NCBI GenBank assembly: GCA_963695185.1
Contig: CAVOGH010000001.1
Span: 272,889-336,888 of the forward strand
From: an uncultured Gemmatimonadales bacterium
GTDB lineage: Bacteria > Gemmatimonadota > Gemmatimonadetes > Gemmatimonadales > GWC2-71-9
Reading direction: 5' to 3'
DNA: 64,000 bases
In this document: positions 21,069-31,062 of the stretch, one piece after another
How the letters are laid out: every line of letters begins with the position of its first letter
Numbering within the stretch: the first letter of the stretch is position 1
Position numbers and translations under genes: made by a program
The notes under the pieces: generated by a model
Seen by the model: only the letters and a program-made list of their open reading frames with translations
What the model was told of the DNA's origin: nothing
Databases searched by the model: none

Positions 21069-23348
21069 ATGACCCGCGCAGCTCGAGCTCAGCGCGTCAT
21101 CCGCCTCCTCCCGACCCTGGGTTGGCTCCTCGCCGCCGGCGCGCTGTGGAAGGCCGGTGGCCCACGCGCCGGGTCGATCGAGTCCACGCTGGTGCTGGCG
21201 GCGCTGTTCGCGCTCTTGCTTCCCCCCGCCCGGATCCGGCCGCCGGTCCTCTACCTGGTGAGCCTCATCCTCTCCCTCGCGCTGGCGGTCTGGGAGGGCT
21301 GGTCCGGTGCCCTGGCGGGAGTGATGACGCTGATGGGCCTGGCGCTGGAGCTGGCCGAGCATGGGCGCGAGCTGGACCGGTTGCAGCGGGAGCGGGACGA
21401 CCTGGCCCGAACCGTGGACCGGCGCATCAACGAGATCTTCTCGCTCCAGGAGCTGAGCTACGTCCTGGCGGAGTCCCTCAACAGCGAGCGAATCGCTGAA
21501 CGGGTCACCCACTTTGTCACCCGCTTCCTGAACGCGGAGGGGGCGGCCCTCGCGCTCACGGCGGAAGACGGGAGGAGCCTGACCGTGGCGGCGGCGGAGG
21601 GCACCCTGGCGGACTTCGCCGGCCGGGACATCACCGATGAGCCACCCTCGTTGGTGGCGCGGTCGGTCGCCACGGAGCGCATTGAGGTGGGCAAGAGCAC
21701 CGGAGCCGAGCCGATGTACCTCCTCCCGGGCCACCGGGTAGAGAGCGGCGCCGCGGCGCCGCTGCGGGCCCACGGGCTGACCATGGGGGTTCTCGCGGTC
21801 GCCGACCGCCGGGCGGGGAGCTTCAGCGCCGAGGATCTGTGGCTGCTATCCACGGTCTCGACCCAGGTGGCGGTGGTGCTGGCCAACAGCCGGCTGTTCG
21901 AGATGGTGCGACAGGCCAAGGAGGAGTGGGAGACGGCGTTCAACGCGCTGACCGAAGGCATCGCGGTCCTGGATCGCCGCGGCATGATCGCCCGTGGAAA
22001 CCGGGCGCTGGCCCGGCTGCTCGACATCCCGGCTCCGGCCCTCTTTGGCCGCGCCTTCTGGCCCGAGGTGGTGGGAGATACGGAGGGGGAGGAGTGGGTC
22101 ATCGGTGCCGCCGACCGGGGCGAGCGCCCCGCGCCGCTTACCCTGCGTAGCCAGGTCCTGGGCCGGGTCCTGCGGCTGACGGCCGCCCCGCTCGCCGAGC
22201 CATCCGAGACAGCCGCCGTGGTCGTGCTGGTCGCGGACGTGACCGAGCAGCGGGCGCTGGAGGCCCAGCTGATTCAGAGCGAAAAGCTGGCGGCCGTCGG
22301 CCAGCTCGTCTCCGGCGTGGCGCACGAACTCAACAACCCGCTGACCTCGATCGCAGGACTGTCGGAATTCCTGCAGGAGCGGCCCGGGCTGCAAGAAGAG
22401 CGGGAGCACCTGCGGGTGATCCACGAGCAGGCGGAACGGGCGGGTCGTATCGTCCAGAACCTGCTGACCTTCGCCCGGCGGGGGGCCGCCAGCGACGCGC
22501 TAGTGGACCTGAACGACGTGGTAGAGCGCACCGCCCGCGTGGTCGCCTACGAACTGGAATTGCGCGGCATCCCCCTGGTGCAGCACCTGGCCGGGAGCCC
22601 ACTGCCGGTGCGTGGCAGCCGGGACGAGCTGCAGCAGGTGGTGGTGAACCTGGTGACCAACGCCATCCACGCGGTCCGTGACCTGCCCGAGGGCGCCCCG
22701 CGGGAGGTGACCTTGACCACCGCGGGCCAGGCCGGCACCGGCATCGTGCGGGTGCAGGATAGCGGACCGGGAGTGGACCCTGCCCTGGTCCACGAGATCT
22801 TCACCCCGTTCTTCACCACCAAGTCGCCGGGGGAGGGTACCGGGCTCGGGCTCTCGCTGAGTTACCGGATCGTCGAGGCGCACGGGGGCCGCCTGGCCTA
22901 CGTGCCCCGGCCGGCCGGCGGGGCGGAGTTCTGGTTCAGCCTGCCGCTGGCCGAGTCGGACCTGCCTGACAGCTCGCCTGCCCCCACCACGGCCCGGGCG
23001 GAGCGCACCGTCCTGCTGATAGATGCCGATCCCGGAATGGAACTGGTGGTGCGGGCGCTACTGGAGCCGGCCGGGTATGCCGTGACTGTGGCGCGGACCG
23101 CAGGGGCCGGTGCCGAGCAGCTGGACGGGAAGGCCTGGAGCGTGATCGTGCTGGACGGGTCGCTGTCGGCGGACGGCAAGCGGCTGCTGGTGGACCAGCT
23201 GGGGTCGAGCCGCGGCAGCCGAGTGGTGGTCGCGACCAGCGATCCGGCGCTCTCCACCCGCTGCCGGAGCCGGGGGCTGGCGGTGGCGCCCCGGCCGTTC
23301 CTGCCCCGGGACCTGCTGGCCGTGGTGGGCGACCTGCTCGAGGGCTGA
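21069..23348 (+). CDS. Hybrid sensor histidine kinase (membrane N-terminus, GAF, PAS, HisKA, HATPase_c, C-terminal receiver)
   Basis: The H-box is VSGVAHELNNPLTSI. The N-box is VVNLVTNAIHAV. G-boxes are QDSGPGV and GEGTGLGLS. The receiver is TVLLIDADPGMELV...WSVIVLDGSL. Confidence 0.9.
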   Translation: MTRAARAQRVIRLLPTLGWLLAAGALWKAGGPRAGSIESTLVLAALFALLLPPARIRPPVLYLVSLILSLALAVWEGWSGALAGVMTLMGLALELAEHGRELDRLQRERDDLARTVDRRINEIFSLQELSYVLAESLNSERIAERVTHFVTRFLNAEGAALALTAEDGRSLTVAAAEGTLADFAGRDITDEPPSLVARSVATERIEVGKSTGAEPMYLLPGHRVESGAAAPLRAHGLTMGVLAVADRRAGSFSAEDLWLLSTVSTQVAVVLANSRLFEMVRQAKEEWETAFNALTEGIAVLDRRGMIARGNRALARLLDIPAPALFGRAFWPEVVGDTEGEEWVIGAADRGERPAPLTLRSQVLGRVLRLTAAPLAEPSETAAVVVLVADVTEQRALEAQLIQSEKLAAVGQLVSGVAHELNNPLTSIAGLSEFLQERPGLQEEREHLRVIHEQAERAGRIVQNLLTFARRGAASDALVDLNDVVERTARVVAYELELRGIPLVQHLAGSPLPVRGSRDELQQVVVNLVTNAIHAVRDLPEGAPREVTLTTAGQAGTGIVRVQDSGPGVDPALVHEIFTPFFTTKSPGEGTGLGLSLSYRIVEAHGGRLAYVPRPAGGAEFWFSLPLAESDLPDSSPAPTTARAERTVLLIDADPGMELVVRALLEPAGYAVTVARTAGAGAEQLDGKAWSVIVLDGSLSADGKRLLVDQLGSSRGSRVVVATSDPALSTRCRSRGLAVAPRPFLPRDLLAVVGDLLEG

Positions 23349-23471
23349 CCGACGCAGGGCGGCGAGATTGGACGGGAGGTTTCTCGGCTGCAGTGACGCT
23401 CGGGGACCTGCTTCCGAGGACTCGCGAGAGCGCCCGGTCGTGAGCACCCTGGGGCCGGAGTGGACCTCGCC

Positions 23472-24923
23472 CTAGTACCCGGCGTCCCGGGCCTGCCGGA
23501 AGGGCTGCAGGTTGACCCGGCCACGCACCTGCCGGCCCACCGTGGCAGGATCGCGGCCGCCCCAGTAGTTGCCGCCGGCATCCAGCTGGACGGCGTCAAT
23601 GAGCCAGCGCCGGGCCGAGAGGAAGACGTTGCCGGACAGCTCGGCGTCGGCCCCGGCGCTGTCCACCACCAGCGCGTCCTCGACCCCATCCAGCAGGTTA
23701 CCGCGGAGCTTGACCCGGGTGGTGCGCTCCAGCACGATACCGCGCGCCACCTTGGCGATGGTGTTGTCGTCCACCCGGTAGAGGGTCGAGGCCTCCCCAT
23801 GCTCATCGGGGGCGAAGAGGTGGATGCCGGTTTCCCCGCCAATGATGACGTTCTCGGCCAGTTCATTCTCCCCGCCGTGCTCGATGGCGATAGCCGCGGT
23901 CCGGGTCCCGAGGATGATATTCCCCCGCACCACCGTGCCGCGCGAGTAGCCCAGCCAGAAGCCGTAGCCCGAACTGTCGGCGTGATTCTCCAGGAACACG
24001 TTCCAGGCGCTGAAGGTGGCCTCGAACGCGTTATGCCAGGCGTGTGAGGCATCGTTCCGGTAGACCAGGTTGCCGATCGAGGGGGAGACCAGTGGCCGGT
24101 GGCCGCTCAGGAAGAACCCGTCTCCCGACCAGGTGAGGTCGTTGTCGGTGATGACGTTGGAGTCGCTCTGTTCCCGCAGCAGGAGCGCCGCACTGTCGCA
24201 GCCGCGCTGATAGCGGGAGCTCTCACAGCGCACGCTGTGACTGGCATTGTTGCGCACGATGGTGTTGCGCGAAGACTTCCAGAGGTGGATCCCCCAGCCC
24301 GAGTTCCGGGAGACGTCATTGTCCGCCAGCCAGGCGTCCCGGCTCTCAAACAGCCCGATACCGTTCTGGCTGCCGCGAGCGGTCACTCCGGTCACCTGGG
24401 CGCCGGTGGTGCGCCGGAGGTAGAGTCCCGCGCCGTAGGTCTCGAAGGTGTCGGGCCGGAAGATGTCCAGCCAGTCGGCCTCGTCGAAATGTTCCGGCGT
24501 GGAACCGAGCTGCTGGCTGCGGGAGCCGGAGAGGTCGATCCCGACGATGCGGTGCCCCTTCCCGCCCTCCAGCCGGATGCCGTAGCGGAAGCCCCGGATC
24601 CGGCCGCCCCGAATGTAGATGCTGTCCGCGCCCCGGCTGGTGATCCCCATCCCGACGAACCGGCTGGCCACTGAGTCGCCACTCTCCAGGGTCACGCCAG
24701 TCAGGTCCACCCGGGTGCCCGAACCGGTCACCACAATGATTCCGCGCTCGCCACGGTCCATGATCCGGTAGCGTCCCGGACAGATCTTCACGTCGCCGGT
24801 GACGGTGGTGCCGGCCCGGTCCAGGCGGAGGCAAGCCGCGTTCCCGGCACCGGCCGGCGTGCGCGACGGGGCGGCGCCAACGGCGGCCATCATCCCCAGC
24901 AACAGAAGCAGCGATCGTGTCAT
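23472..24923 (-). CDS. Secreted right-handed parallel beta-helix repeat protein (NosD/pectate-lyase-fold-like)
   Basis: The signal peptide is [17 protein letters not shown]. Periodic segments of the type G...I.....N.I.GN recur throughout. The ATG overlaps the hisF stop (ATGA at 24920-24923). Confidence 0.7.
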   Translation of the reverse strand: MTRSLLLLLGMMAAVGAAPSRTPAGAGNAACLRLDRAGTTVTGDVKICPGRYRIMDRGERGIIVVTGSGTRVDLTGVTLESGDSVASRFVGMGITSRGADSIYIRGGRIRGFRYGIRLEGGKGHRIVGIDLSGSRSQQLGSTPEHFDEADWLDIFRPDTFETYGAGLYLRRTTGAQVTGVTARGSQNGIGLFESRDAWLADNDVSRNSGWGIHLWKSSRNTIVRNNASHSVRCESSRYQRGCDSAALLLREQSDSNVITDNDLTWSGDGFFLSGHRPLVSPSIGNLVYRNDASHAWHNAFEATFSAWNVFLENHADSSGYGFWLGYSRGTVVRGNIILGTRTAAIAIEHGGENELAENVIIGGETGIHLFAPDEHGEASTLYRVDDNTIAKVARGIVLERTTRVKLRGNLLDGVEDALVVDSAGADAELSGNVFLSARRWLIDAVQLDAGGNYWGGRDPATVGRQVRGRVNLQPFRQARDAGY

Positions 24924-25694
24924 GGCCTCACCGGTATTCCACGGTGGCGAAGGAAGGCGCGCGCCTCGGGTAGCGAGCGGCCCTGATCGTGAAAAATGGA
25001 CGCGGCGAGAACACCGTGGGCGCCGGCGTCGAATGCCTCGGCCAGGTGCTGCAGTGAGCCCGCCCCCCCGGAGGCGATCACCGGAATCCGCACCCGGCCG
25101 GCCACGGTGCGCAGCAGTTCGAGATCATACCCCGAGCGGGTGCCGTCCCGGTCCATGGAAGTGAGCAGGATCTCGCCCGCCCCGAGGCGTTCCAGGTCGG
25201 CGATCCATTCGACACCGCTCGAGCTCGGTGGGCTCGCGGCCGCCATTGACATGCACCGTCCAGCGTGGGGTGGAGCCGCTCCGGGATGCCGGATCGCGGC
25301 GCACATCCACCGCCGCCACCACGCACTGGCTGCCGAAGCTGTCCGCCAGCCGCCGCACCAGGGCGGGGTCGCGTACGGCGGCGGTGTTGACCGCCACCTT
25401 GTCCGCCCCGGCCCGGAGCGCGGCACCGGCGTCCTCCACCGAGCGGATGCCTCCGCCCACCGTGAAGGGAATGAAGATGGCATCGGCCACGTGCGAGACC
25501 ATCTCGAGCGTCGTGTCGTGCCCCTCATGGCTGGCCGTGATGTCCAGGAACACCAGCTCGTCTGCCCCCTCGGCATCGTAGCGCCGCGCCTGCTCCACCG
25601 GGTCGCCGGCATCGCGGAGGGACTCGAAGTGGACCCCCTTCACCACCCGCCCCTTGGCCACGTCGAGACAGGGGATGATCCGGCGAGCGAGCAT
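24920..25694 (-). pseudogene. hisF: Imidazole glycerol phosphate synthase cyclase subunit HisF, one frameshift as sequenced
   Basis: The N-terminal piece reads [32 protein letters not shown]...FTVGGGIRS. After a shift near 25215 it continues [24 protein letters not shown]...[10 protein letters not shown] (ORFs 25125-25694 and 24920-25612). Confidence 0.92.
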
Positions 25695-25751
25695 TGGGGG
25701 GCGTGAGTTGGGGTTGGGGTGAGAGGACGACCAGGTGTCCGCTATCCGCGT

Positions 25752-26225
25752 CTACTGGGGTGCGACCCGGAGCACATCCTCCAGCGGCCCGGCGTTCCCC
25801 CTGGCCAGCAGGATCTGGATGTCTTCCAGGGCGCGACGCTCACGGGGCCAGGCCAGCCGGCCCTGGGCCGCCGGCAGCGACAGCCATTCCGTCTGGTCGT
25901 GCTCGGCGCTGAGGCGAGCAACATCCGCCGGGCTGACGAACGCCGCGAAGACCGGGATGAACCCGATCTCGTCGGCGGCGTGGCGGAAGAAGGATTCGGT
26001 GCGGCTCAGGTTGTAGAGCCGCTCCGGGACCAGCCCGGTTTCTTCCACGAGTTCACGCAGCGCGGCCGCCATCGGGGTCTCGTTCCCCTCGATGCTCCCG
26101 TGGACGACTTCCCACGAGCCGGGACAGCGACCGCCGGAAGCCCGGCGCAATACCAGCGTTTCCAGTCCGGCCGGGCCCGGGCGCAGCACATAGACATCCA
26201 CGAACGCGACCCGAAAGGTGGTCAC
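25752..26225 (-). CDS. NUDIX hydrolase embedded between hisH and hisF
   Basis: The full Nudix box is GSIEGNETPMAAALRELVEETGL (G-x5-E-x7-REUxEExGU). The GTG overlaps the hisH stop (GTGA at 26222-26225). Confidence 0.85.
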   Translation of the reverse strand: MTTFRVAFVDVYVLRPGPAGLETLVLRRASGGRCPGSWEVVHGSIEGNETPMAAALRELVEETGLVPERLYNLSRTESFFRHAADEIGFIPVFAAFVSPADVARLSAEHDQTEWLSLPAAQGRLAWPRERRALEDIQILLARGNAGPLEDVLRVAPQ

Positions 26226-26843
26226 GGCCGCCACTCGGCAAAGCGGGCCAGCAGCGCGATCCCGTCGGCCTGCGACTTCTCGGGATGGAACTGGGCGCCG
26301 AGGATGTTGTCCTGTCCCACCATCGTCGGAAAGGCGCCGTCGTAGTCGGCGGTGGCCAGCGCCGCACCCTCGGCGAGGGCGGCTGGATGGAAGCTGTGAA
26401 CGTGATAGAAGAAGTGCATCGTCCCGCCGAACAGCCCGGCGAGGACGGGGTGGCGCTCGCCCGAGGCGGTGAGGGTCGACGCCGGCCCAGCCGACGTGCG
26501 GCACCGGCAGCTCGGTGCGGAACCGGCGCACCTCGCCGGTCAGCAGGCCGAGTCCCGCGGCCCCCGGGGCCTCCTCGCTCCTGGTGAAGAAGAGCTGCAT
26601 GCCAAGACAGATGCCCATCACCGGGCGGCCGGCGGCGGCCACGTCCCGCACGGCGTCTCCCAGCCCACTGGTGGCGAGGTTCTTCGCCGCCTGGCCGTAG
26701 TTGCCGACCCCGGGCACCAGCAGGTGATCGGCTCGCCGGACGAGCGCGGGATCGGCCGACAGCGCCGCGGGATGCCCCCCCGCGTCGAGCGCTCGAACCA
26801 CGCTGCGGAGGTTGTTGACGCCGTAGTCCACCACCACGATCAC
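26222..26843 (-). pseudogene. hisH: Imidazole glycerol phosphate synthase glutaminase subunit HisH, one frameshift as sequenced
   Basis: The N-terminal piece reads [19 protein letters not shown]...LLVPGVGNYG...PVMGICLGMQLF. After a shift near 26450 it continues FYHVHSF...GAQFHPEKS. Confidence 0.9.
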
Positions 26844-27430
26844 AGGACACCCTTGGTGGACGGCACGCCAACCACACGCGGATCGAGGCGGGTGGCCTGT
26901 TCCAGGGCGCGGGCAAAGGCCTTGAAGGTGGCCTCGACGATGTGGTGGGGATTGTCACCGCGGATCAGGTCGAGGTGCACCGTCAGCCCGGCGTTGAGCA
27001 CCACGGCCCGGAAGAACTCCGGGGTGAGCAGCACGTCGTAGTCGCCCAGCATCTGCCACTTGGCGATGTCCACGTGATAGGAGAGGTAGGGCCGGCCCGA
27101 GACGTCCACCACCGCCCGGACCAGCGCCTCGTCCAGCGGCACCATGGCATCGGCGTAGCGACGGATGCCGGCTCGGTCCCCCAGGGCCTGGGCGATGGCC
27201 TGCCCCAGCACGATCCCGACGTCCTCGACGGTGTGGTGGCCGTCCACGTGGAGGTCGCCGGCGCATTCGACCTCGAGGTCCAGCAGTCCGTGGCGGGCCA
27301 GGGCCTCGAGCATGTGATCGAAGAAGCCGATGCCGGTCCGGATGGCCGCCCGGCCCGAGCCGTCCAGGCCCAGCACCAGCCGGATCCGGGTTTCCTTGGT
27401 GTTGCGGGAGATTTCTGCGGTGCGGGTCAT
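26840..27430 (-). CDS. hisB: Imidazoleglycerol-phosphate dehydratase (dehydratase domain only)
   Basis: The sequence reads [18 protein letters not shown]...[11 protein letters not shown]...[19 protein letters not shown]. It is intact at 196 aa with no fused phosphatase domain. Confidence 0.95.
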   Translation of the reverse strand: MTRTAEISRNTKETRIRLVLGLDGSGRAAIRTGIGFFDHMLEALARHGLLDLEVECAGDLHVDGHHTVEDVGIVLGQAIAQALGDRAGIRRYADAMVPLDEALVRAVVDVSGRPYLSYHVDIAKWQMLGDYDVLLTPEFFRAVVLNAGLTVHLDLIRGDNPHHIVEATFKAFARALEQATRLDPRVVGVPSTKGVL

Positions 27431-27502
27431 GGCCGGAAGCTAAGTGGAGAAGGGGCGACGGGCGACCGGGGGATCACGGGACTGCGCCGGTCACGGGCGG
27501 CC

Positions 27503-28573
27503 TCAGGCCAGGATGTCCCGGAGCGCCTGAACCACCGCCGTGTTGTCCTCGGCGGTGCCCACCGTCACCCGCAGGCACTGCTGCGAGCCCCGCCCCCCGG
27601 GAGACGTCGCGGATCAGGATCTGGTGCTCCTCGATGAGCCGCCGGAAGACAGTCTCGGCCGGCACCGAGGCGAAGCGGATGAGCACGAAGTTGGCGGCGC
27701 TGGGAAAGGCCTCAACGCCCGGGAGCGCGGCCAGCCGGCCGATCAGCCGCTCCCGCTCCGCGATGATCTCCCGGACCCGGGCCGCGAACCGGTCGGGCTG
27801 CCCCAGCGCCACCTCCGCGGCAGCGAGGGTGATCGCGTTGACGTTGTACGGCAGCTTTCCCTTGGCGATCTCCCGCGCCACCTCGGGGTGGGCCAGCGCG
27901 TACCCGAAGCGGAGTCCGGCCATGCCCATCGCCTTGGAAAAGGTGCGGAAGACGATCACCCGGGCGTTGCGCTCCGGCAGTGCCAGCGCCGAGGGCCCGC
28001 CGAACTCCTGGTAGGCCTCGTCGCAGAAGACCAGCGCGGCGGTCTCCGGCCAGGACCCGTTCGATGGCGCCATCGGGCAGCGCCGAGCCGGTCGGGTTGT
28101 TGGGTGAGTTGAGCACGACCACCCGCGCCTGCTCCCGGCGCGCCGTCTCGATCAGCCGGTCCACGTCGAAGCCGAAGTCGGGGCGCAGCGGGACCGGCAC
28201 GTAGCGGCCACCGTACACGCCGGTGAGCAGGCGATACAGCGAGAAGGTCGGCTCCGGGGCCACCACCACGTCCTCCTGCCCCACCGTCACCGCGAGCGCC
28301 GCCTGGATCAGCTCGTTGGAGCCGTTGCCGACCAGCACGCCGTCGGCCGACCAGCCGTGGCGGGCGGCGATGAGCTCGGTGAGGTGCTGGGGGGTGAATC
28401 CGGGGTAGCGATGCCACGGCGCGCGGACGGCGCGGGCGAGGATCTCGCTGCTTGAGGTCGGCGGGAAGGTCGTCGGGCGCTTCGTTCTGGTTGAGCTTGC
28501 GCCGGGCGGGCGGAGCCTCGAGGGTGTAGGCCGCCAGCGCCCGCACCGCCGGCTTGATCAGCCCCAGGGCCAT
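27503..28573 (-). pseudogene. hisC: Histidinol-phosphate aminotransferase, three frameshifts as sequenced
   Basis: Motifs seen: LNQNE, GNGSNELIQ, LNSPNNPTG and FSKAMGMAGLRFGY (PLP Lys). Pieces lie in ORFs 27956-28573, 27712-28338 and 27474-28073, with a last shift near 27600 restoring ...CLRVTVGTAEDNTAVVQALRDILA. Confidence 0.88.
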
Positions 28574-28689
28574 GGCGGAATCGGCGAACGGGGGTGAACG
28601 GTCGGGGTGACGGGGGAGGCGGGGCGGGCCGCGGATTCATGTCACCCTCAGCTGGCCGGGCCAAAGGCGCGCACCTGTCCCGCCGGCAC

Positions 28690-30994
28690 TCAGTCCTTCT
28701 TTCTCGCCAGCATGACCTCGAGCCGCTTGGAGAGGGCCTTGGCGCGGAACGGCTTGCTGAGGAAGTCGTCGGCGCCCAGCTCGAAGACCCGGACTTCGTT
28801 GTCTTCGTCTCCCTTGGCGGTCAGCACGATCACCGGAATGCGCGCGGTGGCGGGGCGGGCCCGCAGCTCCGACAGCACCGAGTAGCCGTCCATCCCGGGG
28901 AGATTCAGGTCCAGCACGACGATATCCGGCGCGTGGCGGTCCACCTGGTCGAGGGCCTCGGCCCCGGTCCGCGCTTCCACGACCTCGTAGCCATCACGGG
29001 CCAGCAGGTCCTTCATGACCCGGCGCAGCGAGTCTTCATCGTCGACGAGCAGGACGGTGGCGCCGCGACCGGCCGCGCGCCGGGGAGCCGGCGTCTCGGT
29101 GACACTCGGCTCCTCCTCCTCGACGTCCAGGAGGTCGAAGGCGCCGCTGATATCCGGCGCTGGCCCCGCGGCATGCCGCGCCTCGGGCGGGGCACCCGGC
29201 ACGACCGGCGATGACGCCGGGGTGGCACGCCGCCCGGGTCCGCCGGGGTGGGCCGGCGGCGGCGCGGCCGTGGCGGCCGCAGGCTTCGCGGGAGTGTCGG
29301 TCATGGGCACGTCCACCACGCGCAGCAGCTCATCCACCCCGGTGTCTCCGGCCAGCACGTGCTTGAGCCCGCTGTCGAAGAGCGACCGCATGCCGTTGGC
29401 GCGCGCCGCGTCGGCGATCTTCTCCGCCGTGCCACCGGCGCCGATGATGCGCTCCAGCTCCAGGTTCATGGTCAGGACTTCGACGACGCTGAACCGGCCC
29501 CGGTAGCCGGTCATGGAGCAGTCCGGGCAGCCGACGGAGCGATAGACCTTGGTGCCCCTGGGGATGTAGCGACGGACCCGCTCCGGCAGCTCCTGGTCGG
29601 TGATCTCCTTGCAGGTGGCGCACAGCCGCCGCATCAGGCGCTGGGCCACCACGCCGCGCAGCGCCGAGGCCAGCTTGTAGGCCTCGATACCCATGTCGAC
29701 CAGCCGGGTGACGGCGTTGGGCGCGTCGTTGGTGTGCAGGGTCGAGAGCACCAGGTGGCCGGTGAGTGAGGCCTGCACGGCGATCTGAGCGGTCTCGCGG
29801 TCTCGGATTTCGCCGACCAGCACGACGTCCGGGTCCTGCCGCAGGATCGAGCGCAGGGCAGACGCGAAGGTGAGGCCGGCCTTCTCGTGCACCTGCACCT
29901 GGACGATGCCCTTCCCCAGCCGGTACTCGACCGGGTCCTCCACCGTGACGATGTTCACCCCTTCGCTCTGCACCACCCGCAGGAGCGAGTAGAGCGTCGT
30001 GGTCTTGCCCGAGCCGGTGGGCCCGGTGACCAGGATGACGCCTTCCTTCTGGTTGAGCAGCGAGAGGATCGGCTCCCGCTCCTCCTGCGACATGCCCAGC
30101 GACTCGAGCGTGAGCACCGTCGCCTTGGCGTTCAGGATCCGGATGACGACCTTCTCGCCGAGGGAGGCGGGCAGGGTCGAGACCCGGAGGTCCACCGGCG
30201 ACCCGTTCACCGCCACCCGCGCCCGGCCGTCCTGCGGCCGCAGCCGGTCCGCGATATCCAGACCCGACATGATCTTGATGCGGGAGATGAGCGGGGCGCC
30301 GGCGGTGCGCGGGATGTTCATCACCTGCCGCAGCACACCGTCGATGCGGTAGCGCACCGCCACCCCGGCTTCGCCCGGCTCCACGTGAATGTCGCTGGCC
30401 CGCGAGAGGATTCCGTCGGAGAGCATCAGGTCCACCAGCCGGACCACCGGCCGCTGGCTGGCCTCGTCCGCGGAGGCGGCGAGGTCCGCGAGTTCATCCT
30501 GTTCCGACAGGTGCTTGACCTGGAGGTCGTCGTCCATGCCGCCCAGCAGCGCCTTCATCACGTCGGAGCCGCCGCCGCGGTAGAGCTCCTCCATCTTTTC
30601 CCGGATCCGGGCCGGCGAGGCCAGGAAGGTCCGCACCTCGCGGCCGGTGGCGAAGGCGAGATCCTTCTCCGCGTCGATGTCGAACGGGATTGGCGGTGGC
30701 GATCTCGAGCAGCGAGTCGGTGAGCCGGAGCGGCAGGATCCCGAAGCGGCGCACCAGGGGTTCAGGCACCGCGTCGCGGATGGAGCGGTCGAGCAGGCTC
30801 AGATCGGCCACGGGCAGCCGGAACCGCGCGGCCGCCGCGCGCAGCACCTCGTCGTCGGTGACGAGCTTCCGCTGCACCACGGTGGCCCAGAGCGATACCG
30901 GCTCCTTCCCAGGCTCCTGACGAAGCGAGTCTATCGATTCCGAGGGAAGGATCTTTTCGATTGTGGGGACCAGCCACTCGTCGGTGAACTGCAT
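28690..30994 (-). pseudogene. GspE/PilB-family secretion ATPase with C-terminal CheY-like receiver; one frameshift as sequenced
   Basis: The N-terminal T2SSE_N-like domain (MQFTDEWLVP...ILPLRLTDSLLEIATANP) joins the ATPase after a shift near 30685. Walker A is VTGPTGSGKTTT. The Cys motifs are CATC...CPDC. A Pro/Ala-rich linker follows. The receiver reads ATVLLVDDEDSL...IVVLDLNLPGMDG...VIVLTAKG...FLSKPF. Confidence 0.88.
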
Positions 30995-31062
30995 GCAAGG
31001 CCATGAAAGGGAAGTGTTTGAAGTTAGTCGGGGCCGTGGATTGGGGGAACGGGCAATGGGTC

